Part shown: positions 57,740 through 64,000 of the stretch, piece after piece
Position numbering within the stretch: the first letter of the stretch is position 1
Layout: the number at the start of each line of letters is the position of its first letter
NCBI GenBank assembly: GCA_963740355.1
Contig: CAVUDW010000002.1
Coordinates: forward strand, 384,001 to 448,000
DNA length: 64,000 nucleotides
Source: an uncultured Gemmatimonadaceae bacterium
GTDB lineage: Bacteria > Gemmatimonadota > Gemmatimonadetes > Gemmatimonadales > Gemmatimonadaceae
Reading direction: 5' to 3'
The notes under the pieces: model-generated
Database searches by the model: none
The model's input: only the letters and a program-made list of their open reading frames with translations
Told to the model about the DNA's origin: nothing
Program-made: the position numbers and the translations under genes

Positions 57740-59700
57740 AGGCCAGCCAGCAACGCGTCGTTATTGGCTGTCGCCGAGATGCGCTTGATCAACCACTCCA
57801 TCGCGCTCATCGGGGGCATCTGCTGCAGTCCGCGGCGCAGCATGTAGATCGACTGCACCTGCTCGGCCTTGTAGAGCTTCTCCTCTCGACGGGTTCCGCT
57901 GGCAGGAATGTCGATCGCAGGGAAGATCCGGCGTTCCGCGAGGCCACGATCGAGCTTGATCTCGCAGTTGCCCGTTCCCTTGAACTCCTCGAAGATCACA
58001 TCGTCCATCCGCGAGCCCGTTTCCACGAGGGCGGTGGCGATGATGGTGAGGCTGCCGCCGCCATCTTCCGGTGCCACGTTACGGGCGCTGCCGAAGAACG
58101 CCTTCGGCTTCGCCATCGCATTGGCATCGAGGCCGCCAGACATCGTGCGACCGGTGCCACGATTGGCCGTGTTGAACGCGCGGCCCATGCGGGTGATCGA
58201 ATCCAGCACGATCACCACATCCTTGCCCATCTCCACCAGGCGATGCGCCCGCTCGGTGACCATCTCGGTCACGTCCACATGGCGCTGTGCCGGCTGGTCG
58301 AAGCTGGAGGCGATCACTTCGCCCACTTCCCACGAAATCGCCTCGCTCACTTCCTCGGGACGTTCGTCCACCAGCAGCAGCATCAGGATCGCGTCCGGGT
58401 GATTGAGGTGCACACCCTCGGTGATCGCCTGCAGCAGCGTCGTCTTGCCGGCGCGGGCCGGTGCCACGATCAGCGCACGCTGCCCATAGCCGATCGGCGC
58501 GATGAGGTCGATCGCACGACGCGTGATCTCCGGACCGACCTTGGCAGGCCGGCCAGTCTCGAGCGTCAGGCGCTTGTTCGGATACGATGCGGTGAGGCTC
58601 TTGAAGTCCTTGCGGCGCACATTGGGATCGGGCGCCATTTCATTGATCGTCGTGATTTCACAGACCGTGGGACGGCGACGCTGGTCGTGTCCCCATGAGC
58701 CGGAAATCAGGTCGGCGCGACGCAACTGGAACTGTCGCGCCATCCAACCGGGAATGAATGGATCACCGGGCTGCGGCAGGTAGCTCGCTGCACCGCGGCG
58801 GATGAATCCACCATCGCCGCGCGCCGGATCATACCAACCCGTGATCGTGGCTTCGGCGGTGACGATGCTCGAACCAGGCGTCTCCTCACGTGGCTGACGG
58901 TCGGTGTTGCGGTCAGCGGTGTTGCCGTTGTTCCGATCGCCGCGCTCCGGGCGCGGGCCGCGTTCGTTGCGCGGTGGGCGATCATTTCGTTCAGGACGCG
59001 GGCCACGCTCGTGACGCGGCGCATTGGCCTGCGGTGCGGCCTCACTCCCTTCCGCGGCACCATCGCGGAACTTGTTGCGTCCCCGACCACGCCGACGCTG
59101 AAAGCGTCCGCGGCGTTCATTACGGTCCGCGTTGCGATCGGTTGCGTTGCGGTCCGCCGGCGGTCGGTCTGAGGGTCCGCGATCTGATGGCCCCCGGTCG
59201 CCGCCGTTGTTGCGGTCGGTGCCAGCGCGTTCGACGCGCTCGCCACCGCGGTCCGTGCCCTGCGCGCTGCGATCGCTGGTGCGATCTGCCGCGCGTTCGC
59301 CGCCACTGCCGTCGTTGCTCGACTCGATCGGCGTGAACTCGGCTCGCGGTGGTGGCGTGGCTGGCGCACTCGGCGCGGTTGCGACTGGAGCGGACGAAAC
59401 CGGCGCCTCGCTCGGCGCAGCATCCGCGGCGGTCTTGCGGGGGCGGCCCCGCGGCTTCTTCGCTTCGACGACGTCCGCGATTTCCGCAACGGCTGGCGGT
59501 GCTTTCGCGGCTGCGGCTTTCGCCGCGCTCGACTTCGATGCGGTGGACTTTGCCGTGGCGACCTTCGGCGCGGTTACCACCGCGGCTGGGGCATCACTGC
59601 TGTCCTTGTACGGATTCGGCTCGTCACCCTGCGCAGTCTTACGCGGGGAACGCGGACCGCGCCCCTGAGAGGGGCGGCGGGGCTCGGTCATGTCATCCAT
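57736..59700 (-). CDS. rho: Transcription termination factor Rho with long N-terminal low-complexity extension
   Basis: APIGYGQRALIVAPARAGKT, LLVDERPEEV, LDSITRMGRA, FFGSARN, ETGSRMDDVIFEEFKGTGN, SGTRREE. Confidence 0.94.
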   Translation of the reverse strand: MDDMTEPRRPSQGRGPRSPRKTAQGDEPNPYKDSSDAPAAVVTAPKVATAKSTASKSSAAKAAAAKAPPAVAEIADVVEAKKPRGRPRKTAADAAPSEAPVSSAPVATAPSAPATPPPRAEFTPIESSNDGSGGERAADRTSDRSAQGTDRGGERVERAGTDRNNGGDRGPSDRGPSDRPPADRNATDRNADRNERRGRFQRRRGRGRNKFRDGAAEGSEAAPQANAPRHERGPRPERNDRPPRNERGPRPERGDRNNGNTADRNTDRQPREETPGSSIVTAEATITGWYDPARGDGGFIRRGAASYLPQPGDPFIPGWMARQFQLRRADLISGSWGHDQRRRPTVCEITTINEMAPDPNVRRKDFKSLTASYPNKRLTLETGRPAKVGPEITRRAIDLIAPIGYGQRALIVAPARAGKTTLLQAITEGVHLNHPDAILMLLLVDERPEEVSEAISWEVGEVIASSFDQPAQRHVDVTEMVTERAHRLVEMGKDVVIVLDSITRMGRAFNTANRGTGRTMSGGLDANAMAKPKAFFGSARNVAPEDGGGSLTIIATALVETGSRMDDVIFEEFKGTGNCEIKLDRGLAERRIFPAIDIPASGTRREEKLYKAEQVQSIYMLRRGLQQMPPMSAMEWLIKRISATANNDALLAGL

Positions 59701-60085
59701 GTGCTACGTGGTTTACTGCGCACGGCACGGTGCGAAATCACCGGCGCGCTAAGGTGCACGCAACGCGTGACACCCCTTCGGAACAATCGTGACATCGGCG
59801 CGCCACGCCATCTGGAACGATGCGCGGGCATGCGACTGTCGCGATGAAAAAATCAGGACGGGCGAATGCCCGAAATACGGCAGAACGGCGGGAAAAACGC
59901 TGCGACGATACGTCGGACGGACGATCGTGGACATACGGCACCAACCGCGACGGAACAGACACACTGCGATTGGCGGAGGCATTCAGGCGGGCGGGCAATC
60001 GGCCACACCGACCTCGGATGCTCGCGTTCGGGGGAGGGACCCGCGTGGACTCGCAGGGCTTCCAGCTCTCAAACGCTTAGGCCAG

Positions 60086-60114
60086 AGTATCGTCACAGGT
60101 CGGCGGGAGCGCAA
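60086..60114 (-). promoter_or_regulatory. Candidate sigma70 promoter for rho operon
   Basis: Minus strand TTGCGC(60114-60109)-17 bp-GATACT(60091-60086), about 380 nt upstream of rho ATG. Confidence 0.5.
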
Positions 60115-60201
60115 GCCATCCCGCCCCAACCGGTACGAATTCATGCCAATCCACCTCACCTTCACCGCCAGTGCGCTTGGGGCGCGACCTAGCTTTCACG
60201 C

Positions 60202-60792
60202 ATGACCACGAACACTGATCCCCGGACGGCGGTGGCGCAGGCCGTTGCCGAATATCAGGCCACGGCCGACACCGGTTCCCTCTTCGCCGCGCTCGATCGC
60301 ATCGCCGCATCAGCCATGCCCGACGCCTTGATCGAAGCTGCCGAACCGTACCGCACCATTCCTGAAGTCGCCGGACCGCTGTACGAAAAAGTCGTCGCGG
60401 CCCAACCCAGCAACGCCCGTGCCCTGGTCATTCTGGCCAATGCGTACTGGCTCAGCGGTCGTGGGCCCGTCGTCGTCGGCGAGCTTGCCGAGCGTGCGAT
60501 CGCCGCCGATCCCTCGAATCGTGGTGGCTGGCACATGTGGGCGCTAACGGAAAGCGATCCGCGCGATCGGACCACGCGGTGGAAGCAGATCGTCGATCGG
60601 TTCCCCGAGGACGAGCTGGCGATGGCAAATCTGGCGGACAACGCCGCCGCGCTCGCCGGCGCGGAAAAAGACTACGATGCGCTCGACCTTGCGGTCTATA
60701 CCTACGAGCAGCTGCTCGAGCGTGCGACCCAGCCTGATCAGCGCGAAGCGCTCGACACGGCGCTCCGCTCACTCCGCGGCTGGAAGTTCTGA
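60202..60792 (+). CDS. Hypothetical TPR-like helical protein
   Basis: LYEKVVAAQPSNARALVILANAYWLSG...AERAIAADPSN; GC3-rich codons. Confidence 0.78.
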   Translation: MTTNTDPRTAVAQAVAEYQATADTGSLFAALDRIAASAMPDALIEAAEPYRTIPEVAGPLYEKVVAAQPSNARALVILANAYWLSGRGPVVVGELAERAIAADPSNRGGWHMWALTESDPRDRTTRWKQIVDRFPEDELAMANLADNAAALAGAEKDYDALDLAVYTYEQLLERATQPDQREALDTALRSLRGWKF

Positions 60793-60886
60793 CGGCGCGC
60801 GAGGTAATCCTTCAGTCTTACCCGTGTGCGCGTGAACGGTTTCAGGTTCAGGCGCATGCCGCTCTCTTCTCGCCGCATTCTCCCTC

Positions 60887-61174
60887 GTGACCAGTTCCGA
60901 CTCGATTCCGCCGACGCCCGCAGAGACGCGCGCTTACTGGTACCCGCGCGTTCGCGGCGGACTGACCATCATCGGGGGCACACTCGGCTATGTCGCACTG
61001 GCCAGCGCCTTCGGCACTGACGCAGGGTTCGGCAGCGCCCTGGTCGGCATGCTCGGTTCGATGGCGGCGATGGGCTGGATCTGGTGGCTGGAGGCACGTC
61101 GTGCCGCCAAATACCACGGCGGCGCGAGTGCCAGGCCTGAGGCGCCAGGTCAGCGCGACGCGGGCACGACGTAA
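60887..61174 (+). CDS. Small hypothetical membrane protein (2 TM)
   Basis: Two hydrophobic helices; fills the gap between neighbouring genes. Confidence 0.5.
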   Translation: MTSSDSIPPTPAETRAYWYPRVRGGLTIIGGTLGYVALASAFGTDAGFGSALVGMLGSMAAMGWIWWLEARRAAKYHGGASARPEAPGQRDAGTT

Positions 61175-62157
61175 CCGTTCTTGTTGCGCTCGAGTCGTGC
61201 AACCAGTGAGTCTACCGAGTTGAAGTAGACATTGTATCGCTTGATGGAGTGGGTGTTGAACGTGGAGTCGAACGGACTCACGCTTGGCCCACCTGCGACC
61301 TCCAGGATCGCGTCGTAGTTGTACTTCGTGACCACGCCGCTCTTCGGGTCCTTCCATTCGCCGCGCTGGGCCAGCGCGCGATTCTTCGGCCACACGCCGA
61401 GCGGCAGTGCGAAGGTGCGCACCTTGTAGCCCGGCACTGCCGAGTCGATCGCCAGCTGGCCACGGGCAATCTGTTCCTGCACGAAGGCGTCAGGATACTT
61501 CGACAGGTTGGCGTGCCAGAGGGTGTGATTGCACAACTCGAAGCCCTGATCGCGCAGGAATTGCATCTTCTGGAAGCGCCACTCGGACTTCTGCCCCTCG
61601 ATGCCCTTGTTGCCGAACAGGCTCCGGCCCGCTTCCGCACCACTCAGCGTGCAAAACGTCGCGCGCGGCTTCCAATCCGGATGCTTCCGCGAAAACGCCA
61701 GCCACATGCCCACGGCGCTTCGCGGGTCGATCTCCAGCTTGCCGTTGCGTTCGATGTAGCGGAATTGTGATGGCGATGCGTCATCGAAGGTGAAGACGAC
61801 CGGGCGCTTGCCGGCCGGCACGTCGATGCGCTTGTCGATCAGCTGCGCCACCGTGATGGGACGATAGTCGTGCGCGTACAACGTCTCGAGCGTCTGCTGG
61901 AAGCGCGCTTCGGTCACTGTCCACGCCGCGTCATGATCCGCCACGACGTGCACCATCAATACCGGTACCTTGCCCATGGACGCTGCCGACGCGGGCGTCA
62001 CGGCACCGAGCGTGGTGTCGACCACCAACGGTGTCGAGGCTGTCGTGTCGCCACCTGCAACCTGCGCACCGGCCGGCTTGCTCGACGTGTCAGGGGACGA
62101 GGAGCACGCTGCGAGGGTGGCGGCGGCAAGAACGACGATGGCGCGTGTAGCGGACAC
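61150..62157 (-). CDS. Polysaccharide deacetylase (CE4/NodB) family lipoprotein
   Basis: Lipobox LAAC; VFTFDDA, NHTLWH, FALPLG; GTG 62157 is the likely start. Confidence 0.85.
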   Translation of the reverse strand: MSATRAIVVLAAATLAACSSSPDTSSKPAGAQVAGGDTTASTPLVVDTTLGAVTPASAASMGKVPVLMVHVVADHDAAWTVTEARFQQTLETLYAHDYRPITVAQLIDKRIDVPAGKRPVVFTFDDASPSQFRYIERNGKLEIDPRSAVGMWLAFSRKHPDWKPRATFCTLSGAEAGRSLFGNKGIEGQKSEWRFQKMQFLRDQGFELCNHTLWHANLSKYPDAFVQEQIARGQLAIDSAVPGYKVRTFALPLGVWPKNRALAQRGEWKDPKSGVVTKYNYDAILEVAGGPSVSPFDSTFNTHSIKRYNVYFNSVDSLVARLERNKNGYVVPASR

Positions 62158-62237
62158 TGGATCATCACGGTGAGAGCAGCGCACGGGCACCTCGGCGTGC
62201 CCGCGCTGCGTGAAAACTACACCGTGCTGAAACGCCG

Positions 62238-63536
62238 CTAGCCTCGACCCGACACGCCGCTCGCCGGCGTTCCCTGCAGCACACGCAACCAGTCGGCGGA
62301 TGTGCCGCTGTAGCCTGGAAACACGCGTGCGAGATCCTGTCCGCCGAGATGTGTGCCGACGATCTCACTGAACACGCTGCGGAAATCCGTGGTCAGTGCG
62401 AGGTCTCGTCCCTCGTTCAACTGCTCCGGAGCCAACCCCGGCCAGCGACCGTGCACGTCGCGTCCTTTCACGTCACCGCCGATCACGAACATCGAGCCGG
62501 CGTGGCCATGATCCGTACCACCATTGCCGTTCTCTCGCGCCGTGCGACCGAATTCGGTCATCGTGAGAATCACCACATCGCCCATCTTGTCGCCCAGATC
62601 AGCGACCAAAGCGGCCACGCCGTCGCCAAACTCCCGCAGTCGATTCGCCAGCTGGCCCGTCGCACCGCCCTGGTTCACATGGGTATCCCAGCCACCGATG
62701 TCGGCAAACGCGACCTCGAGCCCCACATCGGACTTCACCAGCTGCGCGATCTGCCGCAGCCGGCGTCCGAAATCGGTGACGGGATACTGCGCGCCGTTGG
62801 CGGGCGCGTACTGCTGCGGGTTGGCCGCCTTGAGCATCTTCACCGCCTCGAACGTGTCGCTGCCGGTGGCGTGGATGACATCCGCGCGACCGGTGCGATA
62901 GAGCGCTTCCAGCCGATCCGACTGCGAACCGGTCGCGCGCACGGTGAACTCCTCGAGGGAGTTCATCGCCACCACCGGACTCGGTCCTTCGAGAATCCGC
63001 GGCATCTGCGCGGTGAGCGACACGGCCTTGAACGGCTTCGGGGCGCAGGTCGCACCAGCCTCGCAGGTCCCCGAGACGGCCAGATACCGGTTCAGCCAGC
63101 CATCGGTGGTGCCTTTGCGATCGGGCGTCCCGCTTTCCATGTAATCCTGCGCGTCGAAGTGCGAGCGCGTGTTGCTTGGGCTCCCCACCGCCACGATCGG
63201 CGACAGCATGCCGCGATCATACAGAGGCTTCAGCGACCGAAGTGCGGGGTGCAGCCCGAAGGTGCCATCGAGATCGAGGGCGCCGGTGGCTCCAGCCGCC
63301 AACGACGGCCGCGCAATCGCAATGTTCGGACGCAGTCGGTAATACGAGGGGTCGCCGTGGGGCACGACGACGTTCAACGCATCCGCCGCTCCGCGCTGGA
63401 AGATGCAGATCAGCACCTTGCCCTTGGCCGCCCTCGGCAGCGTCATCCCGAATGTCGTGCGGCGCAGGAACGACGGGTTCAACCCCATCGTCACCAGTGC
63501 CATCGCTCCCGACTTCATGAACACCCGACGGTCCAT
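62238..63536 (-). CDS. DUF1501 domain protein (Tat signal)
   Basis: MDRRVFMK; QRGAADALNVVVP, RSHFDAQD, GWLNR, GGWDTH, TEFGRT..NG..GTDHG, TTDFRSV. Confidence 0.92.
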   Translation of the reverse strand: MDRRVFMKSGAMALVTMGLNPSFLRRTTFGMTLPRAAKGKVLICIFQRGAADALNVVVPHGDPSYYRLRPNIAIARPSLAAGATGALDLDGTFGLHPALRSLKPLYDRGMLSPIVAVGSPSNTRSHFDAQDYMESGTPDRKGTTDGWLNRYLAVSGTCEAGATCAPKPFKAVSLTAQMPRILEGPSPVVAMNSLEEFTVRATGSQSDRLEALYRTGRADVIHATGSDTFEAVKMLKAANPQQYAPANGAQYPVTDFGRRLRQIAQLVKSDVGLEVAFADIGGWDTHVNQGGATGQLANRLREFGDGVAALVADLGDKMGDVVILTMTEFGRTARENGNGGTDHGHAGSMFVIGGDVKGRDVHGRWPGLAPEQLNEGRDLALTTDFRSVFSEIVGTHLGGQDLARVFPGYSGTSADWLRVLQGTPASGVSGRG

Positions 63537-63583
63537 CACTGCTCCTGCGAAAGAAGAACCCGCGCGATGGCGCAGGCACGACG

Positions 63584-64000
63584 CTAGCGACGCTGAAATT
63601 CCGGCGAGCCAATCGCCAATCCGATGATCTGGGCCAGCCCCTGCGGTGATCCACTGCCGTTGAACCGCACGCCAGGGCCCATGCCACGCGCCAGGCGCGT
63701 GCCGCGATCGGTGCTGATCGCCGTTCCATTCTGCCCGGCACGAGCCATCGCGCCGCCACGCTCATCGCGATTCGCGCCACCCGCCATCGGAGACCCGGGT
63801 GTCGCCATTGGTGCAGTCGTGGAATCAGGCAGTGCCGCCTGTGCCTTGGCCTGCTCCAGCATCGGATGGTCGCCACTGAGCAGGATCGATCGCATGTCCA
63901 CGCTCACGGCACCACCCAGCAGCGCGCGCACCACACCATCCACCTGCTGCTCGCGTGGCATCGTGTCGAGGCTCGCAAAGAGTGGCCACCGGCGCACCGT
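63584..64000 (-). CDS. DUF1800 domain protein, C-terminal part (5' end outside window)
   Basis: Ends GLAIGSPEFQRR, typical of DUF1800; directly upstream of its usual partner DUF1501. Confidence 0.8.
   Translation of the reverse strand, partial: TVRRWPLFASLDTMPREQQVDGVVRALLGGAVSVDMRSILLSGDHPMLEQAKAQAALPDSTTAPMATPGSPMAGGANRDERGGAMARAGQNGTAISTDRGTRLARGMGPGVRFNGSGSPQGLAQIIGLAIGSPEFQRR

Noticed and set aside
1..64000. rRNA, tRNA, transposase, integrase or prophage genes
   Set aside because: None recognised; intergenic gaps are short and show no tRNA cloverleaf.

Overview
High-GC bacterial chromosome segment, most likely Gemmatimonadota. This is inferred from the Ser/Thr kinase architecture 'LAAALADRYTIEREIGAGGMATV' plus a PD40 propeller, and from diderm TamA/TamB; it is not a database result. 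It is mainly housekeeping and transport. Genes include a partial Ser/Thr kinase, sucA, a PIG-L deacetylase coupled to an Fe(III)/Afu-type ABC transporter, amidohydrolases and ndh with a perfect Rex operator. Further on are a hybrid kinase plus ANTAR regulator, a BMP/Nup ABC transporter, a tetR/aldo-keto reductase divergon and nrtR-nadB-nadA-nadC, with an NrtR box and two +1 frameshifts in nadB. The last third holds an acyl-CoA dehydrogenase, YyaL, an M20 peptidase, a coupled rho-tamA-tamB operon and the DUF1501/DUF1800 pair. I saw no rRNA, tRNA, CRISPR array, transposase, prophage or defence island. The most unusual items are a Rho with a ~280-aa disordered N-terminus and diverged RNA-binding motifs, a probable CTG start for tamB, two intergenic REP/MITE-like repeat elements, two small genes missed by the ORF track and several apparently leaderless promoters. 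No clearly new multi-gene system can be established from sequence alone.
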